From Candidatus Latescibacterota bacterium (GTDB lineage Bacteria; Latescibacterota; UBA2968; GCA-2709665), in NCBI GenBank assembly GCA_965219455.1, contig OZ244744.1, positions 2,016,001 to 2,080,000 of the forward strand: DNA of 64,000 nt. Reading direction: 5' to 3'. The stretch's first letter is position 1. Each line of letters begins with the position of its first letter. Below the pieces are notes generated by a model that was given only the letters and a program-made list of their open reading frames with translations, did not search any database and had not been told where the DNA came from. The position numbers were made by a program, and so were the translations under genes. This document shows positions 10,389 to 21,021 of this stretch, in pieces.

Positions 10389-11213
10389 ATGATGAAGCTG
10401 ATGATTATGACGGATCTGGAGGGTGTGGCTGGCATTTTGAATTTCGAGGACTGGTGCGTGCCGGGCGCAATGTATTACGATAAAGCGAAGAGACTCCTGA
10501 CGCTGGAGGTCAACGCCGCGGTGGACGGGTTTTGCGAAGGCGGCGCGGAAGCAATCCTGGTGGTCGACGGGCACGGGCACGGCGCGATGGATCCTGAGCT
10601 GCTGGACGAGCGCGCTCAGGTGATGCGGGGCCACGCGGATCCGATCTGGCCCTGGAGTCTGGACGGGTCTTACCAGGGCCTGGCATACGTGGGGCAGCAC
10701 GCGAAGGCGGGTACACCCTATTCGCACCTGACCCATACGGGAAGTTTCGCCTGCGTGGACTATGCGATCAACGGGATTTCGATTGGTGAATACGGGCAAC
10801 TCGTGTTGTGTGCGATGGAACTGGGAGTGCCCACGATTTTCGCGGCGGGCGAACAGGCGTTTGCGAAGGAGGCGGAGGCGCTTACGCCCGGCGTGGTAAC
10901 GGTGAGCGTCAAGCGTGGTCTGCTTCCCGACGGTCTGGATGATCTGGATGCCGAAGCGTACGGCCGCGCCAAGCTGAGCGCCGTCAACCTCGCGCCGGCG
11001 AGGTCCCGCGCGCTGATCCGAGAGAGCGCCCTGAAAGCGATCGCAAAGCTGAAGATGAATCCGGCGGCTTTCCGATACCCGGAAATGAATCCGCCTTACG
11101 TTCGTACCGCACGCTACAGAAAGCGCGGCGAGACCCCGGGATTCCGTACCCGCGACGAGCACCCCGACAGCATTGTCGGATTGATGAATATGGCGTCAAC
11201 GAAGGTGGCGTAG
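10389..11213 (+). CDS. M55 family metallopeptidase (D-aminopeptidase DppA-like)
   Basis: MTDLEGVAG, EVNAAVDG, VVDGHG, HAKAG, LTHT, IGEYG. Confidence 0.92.
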   Translation: MMKLMIMTDLEGVAGILNFEDWCVPGAMYYDKAKRLLTLEVNAAVDGFCEGGAEAILVVDGHGHGAMDPELLDERAQVMRGHADPIWPWSLDGSYQGLAYVGQHAKAGTPYSHLTHTGSFACVDYAINGISIGEYGQLVLCAMELGVPTIFAAGEQAFAKEAEALTPGVVTVSVKRGLLPDGLDDLDAEAYGRAKLSAVNLAPARSRALIRESALKAIAKLKMNPAAFRYPEMNPPYVRTARYRKRGETPGFRTRDEHPDSIVGLMNMASTKVA

Positions 11214-11286
11214 CGCGTCTGGGGTGAATCAGACTGGACGAGGACGAACCGCGGAATGGAATAATCGAGTGACATGGAATGCTGAC

Positions 11287-11919
11287 ATGGTGCAAATAAC
11301 ACACGAATTCGACGCGCCCGGGCCGCAGCCGAACGGCATGCAGGCCACGCGGGACGGAATCTGGTTTCTGGATCAGAAAACGAACCAGGCGGCCCTGGTT
11401 TCCTTCGCGGGCGAAACGTTAAAGACGCTGGAAACAGCGTCGGACCGCGGGAGCGGGATTACGGATACGGGGTCGGCGCTGTGGCTGGCCTCCACGTATG
11501 ACAGGAAGATCCTCCGTGTGGATCGCGATACGGGCGAGACACTGGACCATTTCGATACCCCCGGCGCGGCCGTGACGGGGGCCCACGGCCTGGAGTTGCG
11601 CGACGGCCGCCTGTGGATGGCCGTTCCGCCGGCGGCGACGATATATGAGGTGGATCCGGAGCGCGGCTTCGAAGTGGTACGCTCGATTCCCGCTCCTGGG
11701 AAAAGGCCGCACGGTATCGCGTGGGAGGGCAGCGACCTCTGGTGTGTCGAAACCAATCAACGTGCTATTTACCGGTTGAACTCGGCGAATGGAGCGATCC
11801 GCGAAAAGATCGAGATTCCCGAAGACGACCCTGAGCCGCACGGGATGACGATGTGGGACGGGGCGTTCTGGTACTGTGACGCCGGTTCCCGGGCGGTGTG
11901 CCGGGTGACGGCGGGATAA
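11287..11919 (+). CDS. Beta-propeller repeat protein (glutaminyl cyclase/Vgb-like repeats)
   Basis: Repeated APG..(P/A)HG(L/I/M).W.G..LW units. Confidence 0.65.
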   Translation: MVQITHEFDAPGPQPNGMQATRDGIWFLDQKTNQAALVSFAGETLKTLETASDRGSGITDTGSALWLASTYDRKILRVDRDTGETLDHFDTPGAAVTGAHGLELRDGRLWMAVPPAATIYEVDPERGFEVVRSIPAPGKRPHGIAWEGSDLWCVETNQRAIYRLNSANGAIREKIEIPEDDPEPHGMTMWDGAFWYCDAGSRAVCRVTAG

Positions 11920-12028
11920 AGCAGGCAAGTCCGTTTCGGTTCTTGTGATTTCGTCGGAATGCCGCGAGGGCATTCCCGGGGGTGCCGGCCGACGGTGTGC
12001 GGCTCCTTGTCTCCCGTCTGAACGAGAG

Positions 12029-13033
12029 ATGGTCATGGGCGAGAAAAACGAAGACGGGGCGCGCGTTTTCGCGCTGTCGGACGTCCACGTGGACTCGGGG
12101 CTGAATCTGACCTGGATCCAGGCGCTCTCCGAGTCCGATTTCCAGCGGGATGTATTGATTCTGGCCGGAGACGTGAGCGACCGCATGGACCGGTTGGCGT
12201 CTGCACTGGCCCGTTTGCGCTCCAGGTTCGCGAGCGTTTTTTTTGTACCGGGAAACCATGAATTGTGGATCCGGGGAACGGGGGCGCCCCGCGGGTCTCT
12301 GGGCAAATTCGATCAGGTGCTTGCCCTTTGCGACAGTCTCGACGTCAGGACGCGACCCGGCAGGGTCGGAAATAGCGAAGGCGTGTGGATCGTCCCTCTC
12401 TTTTCGTGGTATATGAAACCCGAGGAGGGAACCGACAGTTTATATGTACCCAAGGCGGGCGAAGATATGACACTGTCAATGTGGAGCGATAACCATTTCG
12501 TCAGATGGCCGGGGACGGCGAGGCCGGCCGCGGAATTTTTCCTTCGCGCAAACGAGAGATACGTCTTGCGGGAATACGATGCGCCGGTAATTTCGTTCAG
12601 CCACTTCCTGCCAAGACGGGAACTGATATTCGGCATACCCGAACAATGGCTGTCCGGCAAATCGTTGGCGGATCCCCATCCCGGGTTCAACTTCAGCCGG
12701 GTGGCCGGGTGCGGGCGTCTGGATGCACAGGTTCGGCGACTCGGGTCGACCATTCACGTTTACGGTCATCAGCATCGAAACCGTTTTCGCAAGATTGACG
12801 GCATCACCTATGTTTCTCACTGTTTGGGATACCCGCGGGAGAGGGAGACGGGACATATTCGAGGGCTTGAAGGCGGTCCCAGGCTGGTCTGGGATTCCAG
12901 CGGACCGGCGCCCGATCCGGAAACGCCACACCCGCTGCCAGACCTGGCACGGGACGGCGCTGTCCGTCGATCCCCGGCGAGCGCGGGGGATACCTCCTCG
13001 GACAATCCTTTGAAAAAGACGGAAACAGCGTAA
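12029..13033 (+). CDS. Calcineurin-like metallophosphoesterase
   Basis: SDVH, AGD, PGNHE, SHFLP, GHQH. Confidence 0.9.
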   Translation: MVMGEKNEDGARVFALSDVHVDSGLNLTWIQALSESDFQRDVLILAGDVSDRMDRLASALARLRSRFASVFFVPGNHELWIRGTGAPRGSLGKFDQVLALCDSLDVRTRPGRVGNSEGVWIVPLFSWYMKPEEGTDSLYVPKAGEDMTLSMWSDNHFVRWPGTARPAAEFFLRANERYVLREYDAPVISFSHFLPRRELIFGIPEQWLSGKSLADPHPGFNFSRVAGCGRLDAQVRRLGSTIHVYGHQHRNRFRKIDGITYVSHCLGYPRERETGHIRGLEGGPRLVWDSSGPAPDPETPHPLPDLARDGAVRRSPASAGDTSSDNPLKKTETA

Positions 13034-13091
13034 ACCGACCGCATCAAGTCCGAACAGGGCAATCATCGATACGAGTTGGGGGCGGTAGTGT

Positions 13092-13586
13092 ATGAAACGG
13101 CTTTATGTGATCCGGCATGCAAAATCGAGCTGGAGCGATCAGGGGCTGAGTGATTTCGATCGCCCGCTGAACAAACGTGGCAAGCGGGACGCGCCTATTA
13201 TGGGCACGCGCCTGAAAAAAAACGGGGCGAAACCCGACATTGTCGTCTCAAGCCCTGCAAAACGTGCCGTAAAAACGGCCCGCGCGATTGCGAAGGCATT
13301 GGGATTCTCGACAGGGAAAATCATAGAGGAGATGGCGATTTACCATGCGAGCCTGCACGACCTGATTGCCGTGGTGAGGGAAATCCCGGAATTTTGTGGT
13401 GAAGTGATTATGGTAGGACATAATCCGGGCTTCTCGGAGCTGGCCGGTTTTCTTGCTTCAGATTCGGACGTTTATATGCAAACCTGCGCCGTGTGTTGCG
13501 TGGATCTGGAGGTCGATTCCTGGGCGCAGGTATCGGGCGGTGTCGGGCGGATGGTATCGTACGATTATCCGAAGAAATACACATAG
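13092..13586 (+). CDS. SixA-like histidine phosphatase
   Basis: RHAKSSW, DFDRPLNKRG, SSPAKRA, VGHNP. Confidence 0.92.
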   Translation: MKRLYVIRHAKSSWSDQGLSDFDRPLNKRGKRDAPIMGTRLKKNGAKPDIVVSSPAKRAVKTARAIAKALGFSTGKIIEEMAIYHASLHDLIAVVREIPEFCGEVIMVGHNPGFSELAGFLASDSDVYMQTCAVCCVDLEVDSWAQVSGGVGRMVSYDYPKKYT

Positions 13587-13592
13587 ACTGCG

Positions 13593-14345
13593 ATGATCGA
13601 CCTTACGATTGAAAACGGAATTGCCTGGCTGACGCTGAACCGGCCCGAGGTGTTGAACGCAATGGATCTCGGAAGTGTGCGGGCGCTGGCCGCGCACCTG
13701 GAAGGGATGCACGAACGGGAGGACGTCCGTATAGTGGTCACCGAAGGCGCGGGTCGGGCGTTCTGTGCGGGGAGTGATCTGACCGACCTGGCGGCGTTGT
13801 CTCCCGCGGAGGCCGCGGCCGTGGAACGGGAACATGAGAATGCATTCGCCCTGTTGGATGCGATACCCCAACCGACCGTCGCCATGTTGCACGGTTACGT
13901 GCTCGGCGGCGGGGTGGGTATGGCGCTGTATCATGACTTCCGGATCGCAGCTGTATCGGCAAGGCTGGGGATGCCGGAAGTGAAACTGGGATGGACGCCG
14001 CCGTGGGGAATGGGACGGCTGGTCGACGTCGTTGGCGGATCGGCGGCAAGGTGGATCGCGATGGGGTGCGAAACGGTAACGGGCGACGAGGCAAAGTGTC
14101 TCGGCCTGGTGCACGACTGCGTTGCGGACGACGTATTGAGGGATCGGGTCAGGGCATTTGCGCTTCGTCTCGCGTCGTTTCCGCCGGTGGCGCTGAGAGA
14201 GACCAAGGCCCTGCTGAACCGGATATCCTCGCCCCGCGACGCAAAGTGGGATGCCGCCGCGTCAGAGGCCTTTGAGCTTTGTTTCGGTACGGACGAAGCG
14301 CGCGCGAACGTGGCCGCGTTCATTGCGCGGAAGAAAAACACATGA
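13593..14345 (+). CDS. Enoyl-CoA hydratase/isomerase family protein
   Basis: LNRPEVLNA, AFCAGSDL, LGGG, MPEVKLG. Confidence 0.92.
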   Translation: MIDLTIENGIAWLTLNRPEVLNAMDLGSVRALAAHLEGMHEREDVRIVVTEGAGRAFCAGSDLTDLAALSPAEAAAVEREHENAFALLDAIPQPTVAMLHGYVLGGGVGMALYHDFRIAAVSARLGMPEVKLGWTPPWGMGRLVDVVGGSAARWIAMGCETVTGDEAKCLGLVHDCVADDVLRDRVRAFALRLASFPPVALRETKALLNRISSPRDAKWDAAASEAFELCFGTDEARANVAAFIARKKNT

Positions 14346-15916
14346 TGGACGTTGCGGCGGATCGAACGCTGTACCTGGATTTCGCGGGTTTCGCCGGGAA
14401 ACAGCCGGATCGGGAGTGGATGTTGTACGAACGGGGCGACGGGCGCGTTTTCCGATGGACGTACGCCGCGTTCCTGCAAAGCGTTCATCAGGCGGCCAAT
14501 CTCCTGCGTGAGATGGGAATCCGCGAGGGAGACGTTTTCAATCTGCATCTGTCCAACCACCCCGCCTACGCGCAGTTGATTCTTGCCGCATCGCACCTGG
14601 GTGCAACGGCAATGCCCACGAATCCGGCTTCTACCGCGGATGAACTGGCGTATCTGGTGGGGCATTCCGAGAGCAAGGTGATGTTTACCGAGGCAGGATG
14701 CCTGGAGGCGGCGAACCGGGTTGCGGCGGATTCGAATATCGTTCCGGTGGTGTGCAATACGGGCGAAGAGGTTCCCGGCGAATGCCCGGTTTATGAAGAA
14801 GCGCTGTCCGGACAGAGCGTCGAACCGCCGGATGGGGCCGGCGCGGCGGAGCGTGTCGTGCAACTCCTGTATACTTCGGGTACCACGTCGCGGCCCAAAG
14901 GGGTGATGCTGACCAACGCCTGCTTCGTCTACGGCGCCGAAGTGTTCGCCGCGTGTTCCGGATTGCAGCGGCAGGACCGGCACCTGGTGGCGCTTCCGCT
15001 CTTTCACGCGGGGGCGCAATGCCACGCGTTGTGGCCGTCCCTGGTGACCGGCGCGAGCGTGGCGGTGATGGCCCGTTTCAGCGCGAGCCGGTTTTTTGAA
15101 CAGGCCATCGAATACGGCTGCACGATGGCCGCCATGTTCGGGGCATTGTTGCGGATGCTGCTGAACCAGCCGGAGCGGAAGACCGACGCGGCCCATGGGA
15201 TACGGAACATCACGTTCGCCCAGAATCTGACTCCGGCGCAGTACGAGGCCTGGCCTCGGCGGTTCAGGTCGTCGTTGCAGCAGCTATGGGGGATGACGGA
15301 AACGTGCGGGCTCCCGGTAATGAGTCCGTTGAAGGGCGGGCGCAACCTCGCTGCAATGGGGAAGCCGGTGCCCGGGTATGAAGTGAAGGTGGTGGACGAA
15401 ACGGGTGAGGAGGCGGGTGCAGGCGCGCCGGGCGAGGTGATTGTGAAGGGGATACCGGGACGAACGATCATGCTGGGTTATCTGACGAATCCCGGGGCAA
15501 CGGCCGAAACCCTGCGATGCCATCCGGACGGGACCTGGCTGTATTCAGGGGATACGGTACGTGCGGACGAAGACGGGTTTCTGTATTTTCTGGATCGGGG
15601 GAAGGATCTGATCAGGCGTGCCGGAGAAAATATCTCCAGCATCGAAGTGGAGGGCGTGATTCTGGAATGCGAAGGTGTCACCGATGTCTGCGTGGTGGGC
15701 CTGCCTGATGAGATTCGGGATGAACGCGTCGTCGCGGCCGTCGTGTCGAAACCTGAAGCGGATCCGAGCGAAGAAACAATACGGACGTATTGCGCAAAAC
15801 GTCTCGCGGCGTTCAAGGTGCCGGACACGATCGAGTTTGTGGATGCGTTGCCGAGAACGTCGGTCGGCAAAATTCAGAAGCAGGTTGTACGGGACCGGTT
15901 GGCATCCGCGTCGTGA
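14342..15916 (+). CDS. AMP-dependent acyl-CoA ligase (CaiC-like)
   Basis: YTSGTTSRPKG, WGMTE, SGD, DRGKDLIRRAGENISSIEVE, PRTSVGKIQK; ATGA overlap with the hydratase. Confidence 0.9.
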   Translation: MMDVAADRTLYLDFAGFAGKQPDREWMLYERGDGRVFRWTYAAFLQSVHQAANLLREMGIREGDVFNLHLSNHPAYAQLILAASHLGATAMPTNPASTADELAYLVGHSESKVMFTEAGCLEAANRVAADSNIVPVVCNTGEEVPGECPVYEEALSGQSVEPPDGAGAAERVVQLLYTSGTTSRPKGVMLTNACFVYGAEVFAACSGLQRQDRHLVALPLFHAGAQCHALWPSLVTGASVAVMARFSASRFFEQAIEYGCTMAAMFGALLRMLLNQPERKTDAAHGIRNITFAQNLTPAQYEAWPRRFRSSLQQLWGMTETCGLPVMSPLKGGRNLAAMGKPVPGYEVKVVDETGEEAGAGAPGEVIVKGIPGRTIMLGYLTNPGATAETLRCHPDGTWLYSGDTVRADEDGFLYFLDRGKDLIRRAGENISSIEVEGVILECEGVTDVCVVGLPDEIRDERVVAAVVSKPEADPSEETIRTYCAKRLAAFKVPDTIEFVDALPRTSVGKIQKQVVRDRLASAS

Positions 15917-15988
15917 CACAGACCGCGTGGTAAGAAGCCAACCGCATGGGCGCCCGTTACTTTTTAAACAACACCGGGGGATAACCTT

Positions 15989-16789
15989 ATGCAGGGGATG
16001 ATTTCGCAGGACCAGTGGAGCGATTACCACCGGGACGGGTTTTTGAAAATCGGCAGGCAGTGCAGCAGCGGGGAACTGGCCGGGCTACAGCGGCGAATCG
16101 ACGAGATTATGCTGGGCGAGGCGCCGCTGGATTATGGACGGTTGACGATGCAACTGGATCAGAACACGGACCATTATGAAGATGTGAAGGGAGGAGGAAT
16201 CGGCCATCAGGGCGCGAGTCTGGGTTATCGGAAGATTCAGGGACTGGAGTACGATGCATTATTTCTGACTTATTTGGAGAAGCCGATTTTCAGGGAAATC
16301 TGCGCGTATGTCTACGGAGCCCATGCGACCATCGCCTGTTTCCGGGCGATGTTCATGAACAAACCGGCGCAACAGGGTTCCGACCTGCCCTGGCATCAGG
16401 ACGGCGGGGGTTCGTGGCATCTGGATCGGGACCCGCTGGTCACCGTCTGGACGGCGCTGGATCCGGCCAAACCGGAGAATGGATGCGTGCAGGTGGTGCC
16501 GGGTTCGCATCAGTTGGGAATCCTGAGCGAGCAGGGACATACCATTACGGGGGAACAGGAACGGGAATTGTGTACCGACGACAGGATCGTGGACCTGACG
16601 ATGGAGCCCGGAGAGGTCGTGGTTCTCCACAACTGGCTGCTGCACCGGTCCGGCGTGAACCGGGTGGATATAGCCAGGCGGGCGTTCAGCGTGTGTTATA
16701 TCGACGCGCGAACCCGGTCAAGCCGCAAGTCCTCATTCTCGACGATCTTTGGAGAGGACGCATTGATGCCCGAACAGGTCGCGGCGTAG
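15989..16789 (+). CDS. Phytanoyl-CoA dioxygenase (PhyH) family protein
   Basis: PWHQD, WTALD....NGC..VVPGSH, LLHRSG.N. Confidence 0.92.
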   Translation: MQGMISQDQWSDYHRDGFLKIGRQCSSGELAGLQRRIDEIMLGEAPLDYGRLTMQLDQNTDHYEDVKGGGIGHQGASLGYRKIQGLEYDALFLTYLEKPIFREICAYVYGAHATIACFRAMFMNKPAQQGSDLPWHQDGGGSWHLDRDPLVTVWTALDPAKPENGCVQVVPGSHQLGILSEQGHTITGEQERELCTDDRIVDLTMEPGEVVVLHNWLLHRSGVNRVDIARRAFSVCYIDARTRSSRKSSFSTIFGEDALMPEQVAA

Positions 16790-16802
16790 CCAGGAGACAG
16801 AT

Positions 16803-17939
16803 ATGATCATTGATTCACACGCGTATTGTTTCGAGCCGGGGGATACGCCGGCCGGTTTCGAAAACAGCGATGCGCATTTGACTTGGATCCAGGAGGCTCA
16901 GGGCCTGCACCAGCAGCCGGCATGGCGCGTGAGGGACCGGGCGCCGGCGACTTCGGACGGATTGATCCCGCCGGATTACGGGTCCTGGAGGGAATTGCCC
17001 GACGTGGACTTTCGCGTGGACAGACAGACGGGGCGCGTGGTCTGGACGATCGACGGAGAGGATTATACAAAGCAGTTTTATCCGCCCAATCTGCGGAACC
17101 TGGAGTATACGCCACACAGTCTGATCGCGGAGATGGATTACGCGGACGTCGACGTGGCGCTCATCCACACGAATCCGATGTTGTCCCGAAACAGTGAATT
17201 CCTGGCCGATTGCGTGCGACAATACCCGGACCGGCTCCGGTCCATGGCGCCCGTGGACGAGTGGCGCATCCGTACCGAGACGGATGCCGTGATTCAGGAA
17301 CTCCAGACAGCCATTCAGGAACACGGGCTCCACGCCATCAAGTTCAACGCCCGGCCGGCCTATTTCGCCGGCCCGGAGCCGTGGGATGCGGCATCCTGCC
17401 ATCCGTTCTGGGATGCGGCGACGTCTCTCGGCGTGCCGATTTTTTTTACGCTGGGATCCGGGCCGGGGGACGTGACGCGGCGCATGACGCCGGAAGATGC
17501 CCGCCAGGGGTATCTGGAGGAGCAAAAAACGTTCGTCCGATGGATGGAACGCTATCCCGATACGGTTGTGAATCTGACGCACGGATTCCCCTGGCGCGCG
17601 TTTGTCTCGGACGGTGAATTTATCCCGATGCCGCGGGAGATCTGGTTGCCGTTCGAAAACCCGAATTGCAATCTCGAGGTCTGCTTCCCTGTCCGAATCG
17701 GAGACTGGTTCGACTTTCCGTACCGGGAGGTGTGGCCGGTGCTGGAGGCAATGGTCGCCAATGTGGGCGCGGATCACCTGAACTGGGGTACGGATATGCC
17801 GTTTCAGAATCGGTTCTGTACGTACCGGCAGTCGAGGCGATGGATTGAGAAGTATTGCGAGTATTTGAGCGACGACGACCTGAGGATGATTATGGGCGGG
17901 ACTACCGCGAGGATTCTGGGGCTGGATTCAAATATATAA
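16803..17939 (+). CDS. Amidohydrolase_2 family protein
   Basis: IIDSHA, YPDR, NLTHG, WGTDMP. Confidence 0.85.
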   Translation: MIIDSHAYCFEPGDTPAGFENSDAHLTWIQEAQGLHQQPAWRVRDRAPATSDGLIPPDYGSWRELPDVDFRVDRQTGRVVWTIDGEDYTKQFYPPNLRNLEYTPHSLIAEMDYADVDVALIHTNPMLSRNSEFLADCVRQYPDRLRSMAPVDEWRIRTETDAVIQELQTAIQEHGLHAIKFNARPAYFAGPEPWDAASCHPFWDAATSLGVPIFFTLGSGPGDVTRRMTPEDARQGYLEEQKTFVRWMERYPDTVVNLTHGFPWRAFVSDGEFIPMPREIWLPFENPNCNLEVCFPVRIGDWFDFPYREVWPVLEAMVANVGADHLNWGTDMPFQNRFCTYRQSRRWIEKYCEYLSDDDLRMIMGGTTARILGLDSNI

Positions 17940-17957
17940 TATAAGAGGAACGCGCGC

Positions 17958-19793
17958 ATGGTGTGGAAAGGTGCCGAGCAGGAGATGAACTGGGATCTGA
18001 CGAGCTATTTCCCGGCGTTCAACGGGCCGGTGATGGCCAGTTTCAAGAAAGCCCTGGAGAGGGATACGCAGGATCTGTTGGGTAAAGCGAGGGCGCTGCC
18101 GCCGCTGGCGGAGGCCAACGTGGATACGTGGGAGGACATCTTCCTCCGAAGCGAGGACCTGTTTATGCGGCTGCGTCATCTCGGATCGTACGTGGGATGT
18201 CTGACGGCGGCCGACGCGCGGAACGAGGCGTATCTGAAGGAGGAAGCCGCCCTGACGCTCCAATACGCCGAGGGTTCAAAACTGCAGACCGAGCTGTTGC
18301 GGGGTTTGAAAACGGCATCCGACTGCAGCTTCGAGACCCTCGCCGGCCGGGAGGCGCTATCGGACGCCGGCCATTTCCTTGGACGGATGCGCCGGGAGGC
18401 GCGGTATACGATGGATTCGGAGCGCGAGGCGCTCGCCGCCGACCTGAGGGTGGACGGTATATCGGCGTGGGGCCGGCTTTACGATACCCTGTCCGGGAAG
18501 CTCGAGTTTGAAATGAGGTTTCCGGATGAACGGACCGAGACCCTGCCCATTTCCCAGCGGCGGTCGTTGATGGAAAATCCGGACCGGCGGGTCCGCAAGG
18601 CTGCATTCGAGGGCGGCAACGCCGCGTGGGAGGGGGTTGAAGACGTAACGGCGGCCGCATTGAATGCGATATCAGGCGCGCGACTCACGTTGAACAAGTA
18701 CCGGGAGGTCCCGCATTTTCTGGAGGTGGCCCTGTTCCAGTCCGCCATTACGCGGAAGACACTGGATGCGATGTTCGAAGCGATATTTTCCGAAATCGAG
18801 GTTGGGCGCCGGATCCTGCGTTTCAGGGCGAAGGCGATGGGCGTGCAAAAGGTTGCCTGGTTTGACCTCGGAGCGCCGCTGTCCTTTTCCGATGTGTCGC
18901 CGATGGATTGGGACGAAGGAAAATCCCTGGTGCAGGGTGCGTTCGCCAGGGCCTATCCGGCCCTGGGGGAGTTTACGCAGGACATGTACGACAGGCGGTG
19001 GATCGACTATGAACCGCGCGCGGGAAAACGTCCGGGTGGTTTTTGTACCGGTTCGTCGATGATCTCGGAGTCGCGGATTTTTATGACGTACAACCGGACA
19101 ATGGGTGACGCACTGACCCTGGCTCACGAGGCCGGACACGCGTTTCACAGCCACGTCATGCGCGATCTGCGTCCGTTTGCGCGGGGGTACCCAATGACGT
19201 TGGCGGAGTCGGCGTCCACGTTCGCGGAGATGATCCTGGCTGACGGGGTCCTTTCGGACCCGGAAGTGGATGATCTACAAAAGGCCGTGGTTCTGGATTC
19301 GGAAGTGGGCCACGCCGGCGCCTATCTCATGGACATTCCGGTGCGGTTTGAGTTTGAAAAGGCGCTTTACGAAGAGCGCGGCAGCGGAGAACTGAGCGTA
19401 TCTCAGTTGAAAGCGCTGATGACCGAAAAGCAGCGGGGTGTATTCGGCGACATGCTTCAGGAGGGGGGCGAGGATCCCTATTTCTGGGCATCCAAGCTGC
19501 ATTTCTACATTACGGGAGTCACGTTTTACAATTTCCCTTATACATTCGGCTATCTGTTGAGCCGGGGTCTGTTTGCGGCGTTCAAGAAGGAAGGCCCGGA
19601 TTTCCTGCCCCGGTACGAGAGGTTTTTGCGTTTAACGGGCAGCGACACAGCTGAAAACGTGGCGAAACGAAGCATCGGCAGTGACCTCGAACAGCCGGAT
19701 TTCTGGGTGCGGGCGATCCGCAGCCTTGAGGCGCCGCTGGCACAACTGGAGGTGCTGTTGCCCCGTGTACTGCCCGCGGGCGACGAGGGATAA
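17958..19793 (+). CDS. M3 family oligoendopeptidase (PepF-like)
   Basis: GKRPGGFCT, LAHEAGHAFH, LAESASTFAE, FYNFPYTFG. Confidence 0.95.
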   Translation: MVWKGAEQEMNWDLTSYFPAFNGPVMASFKKALERDTQDLLGKARALPPLAEANVDTWEDIFLRSEDLFMRLRHLGSYVGCLTAADARNEAYLKEEAALTLQYAEGSKLQTELLRGLKTASDCSFETLAGREALSDAGHFLGRMRREARYTMDSEREALAADLRVDGISAWGRLYDTLSGKLEFEMRFPDERTETLPISQRRSLMENPDRRVRKAAFEGGNAAWEGVEDVTAAALNAISGARLTLNKYREVPHFLEVALFQSAITRKTLDAMFEAIFSEIEVGRRILRFRAKAMGVQKVAWFDLGAPLSFSDVSPMDWDEGKSLVQGAFARAYPALGEFTQDMYDRRWIDYEPRAGKRPGGFCTGSSMISESRIFMTYNRTMGDALTLAHEAGHAFHSHVMRDLRPFARGYPMTLAESASTFAEMILADGVLSDPEVDDLQKAVVLDSEVGHAGAYLMDIPVRFEFEKALYEERGSGELSVSQLKALMTEKQRGVFGDMLQEGGEDPYFWASKLHFYITGVTFYNFPYTFGYLLSRGLFAAFKKEGPDFLPRYERFLRLTGSDTAENVAKRSIGSDLEQPDFWVRAIRSLEAPLAQLEVLLPRVLPAGDEG

Positions 19794-19846
19794 TCGTTGG
19801 CGTTCAGACCGTCGTGGTGCCTGGAAATCACAGAGAGGAAGAGGAG

Positions 19847-20833
19847 ATGGGCGACAACGTTCGTTGGGGCATCCTGAGCACGGGATCCATTGCAAGGTCG
19901 TTCGCGAAGGGCCTCGAGGCGGTTCCCGGCGCGGAACTGGTCGCCGTGGGTTCACGGACGCAGGAAGCGGCGGATGCATTCGGAGACGAATTCGGCATTC
20001 CGCGGCGGCTCCCGAGCTACGCGGCCCTGGCGAACGATCCGGACGTGGACGTTATCTACGTTGCCACGCCCCATTCACTCCACAAGGAGAACAGCATCCT
20101 GTGTCTCAAGGCGGGCAAACCGGTATTGTGCGAGAAGCCCTTCACGATCAATCGTTCGGAGGCGGCGGAAGTCGTTGCGGTTGCGCGTGAAGAAGGGCTT
20201 TTTCTGATGGAAGCCATGTGGACGCGCTTCCTGCCGATTATGTACCAGGTGAGGCAGTGGTTGCGCGACGACGCCATCGGCGATGTCCGTCTGGTTTCGG
20301 CGGACTTCGGGTTTGGATCCAGTCCCGGCACGACAAAGTCCCGCCTCTACGATCCGGCCCTGGGCGGCGGCGCGCTGATGGACGTGGGGATCTACTCTCT
20401 GTCGTTCGCGTCCATGGTGTTCCGGCGCGAGCCGTCGAGGGTTCTGAGTATGGCGCACATCGGGAAGTTGGCGGTGGACGAACAGGCCGGGATGATGCTC
20501 GGGTACGACGCGGGAGAGATGGCGATGCTGTTTACGTCGATCCAGTGCAGCACGACTCACTGGGCTCATATTATGGGTACCAAAGGGATGATCCGCATTC
20601 ATCCGCCGTACTGGCGTGGAACGACCGCGACGCTGGTGAGAAACGGCAAGGAGACGGTCGTCGAGCGCCGGTACGATGGGAATGGTTACAACTGCCAGGC
20701 CGAAGCGGTGGGACGTTATTTGCGTGACGGGAAACTGGAAAGCGACGTCATTCCTCTGGATGAGACCGTTGCGATTATGGGTACGATGGATACGGTTCGG
20801 GATCGGATAGGGCTGAAATTCCCGATGGAATAA
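19847..20833 (+). CDS. Gfo/Idh/MocA family oxidoreductase
   Basis: RWGILSTGSIA, YVATPH..H, CEKP, MEAMWTRF, GGGALMDVGIY; GAGGAG RBS. Confidence 0.95.
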   Translation: MGDNVRWGILSTGSIARSFAKGLEAVPGAELVAVGSRTQEAADAFGDEFGIPRRLPSYAALANDPDVDVIYVATPHSLHKENSILCLKAGKPVLCEKPFTINRSEAAEVVAVAREEGLFLMEAMWTRFLPIMYQVRQWLRDDAIGDVRLVSADFGFGSSPGTTKSRLYDPALGGGALMDVGIYSLSFASMVFRREPSRVLSMAHIGKLAVDEQAGMMLGYDAGEMAMLFTSIQCSTTHWAHIMGTKGMIRIHPPYWRGTTATLVRNGKETVVERRYDGNGYNCQAEAVGRYLRDGKLESDVIPLDETVAIMGTMDTVRDRIGLKFPME

Positions 20834-20871
20834 ACGTGGAAACATAGTGCCACGGGCTATACCCTGGTTTT

Positions 20872-20911
20872 CCTCCCCCTTTCCTTTAGGAGAGGGGGCC
20901 GGGGGGAGAGG
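20872..20911. repeat. REP-like palindromic intergenic element
   Basis: CCTCCCCCTTTCCTTTAGGAGAGGGGGCCGGGGGGAGAGG, a hairpin-forming repeat of the CCCTCTCCC...GGGAGAGGG type. Confidence 0.6.
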
Positions 20912-21021
20912 TCCGAGGACGGCTGAACGCTGATACCTGTTTTTCCTGACCGCTGATCGCTGGCGGCCAGGAATTGTGACGCGATACATACCATTTATAA
21001 TATTATTATACTAAATTAAAT

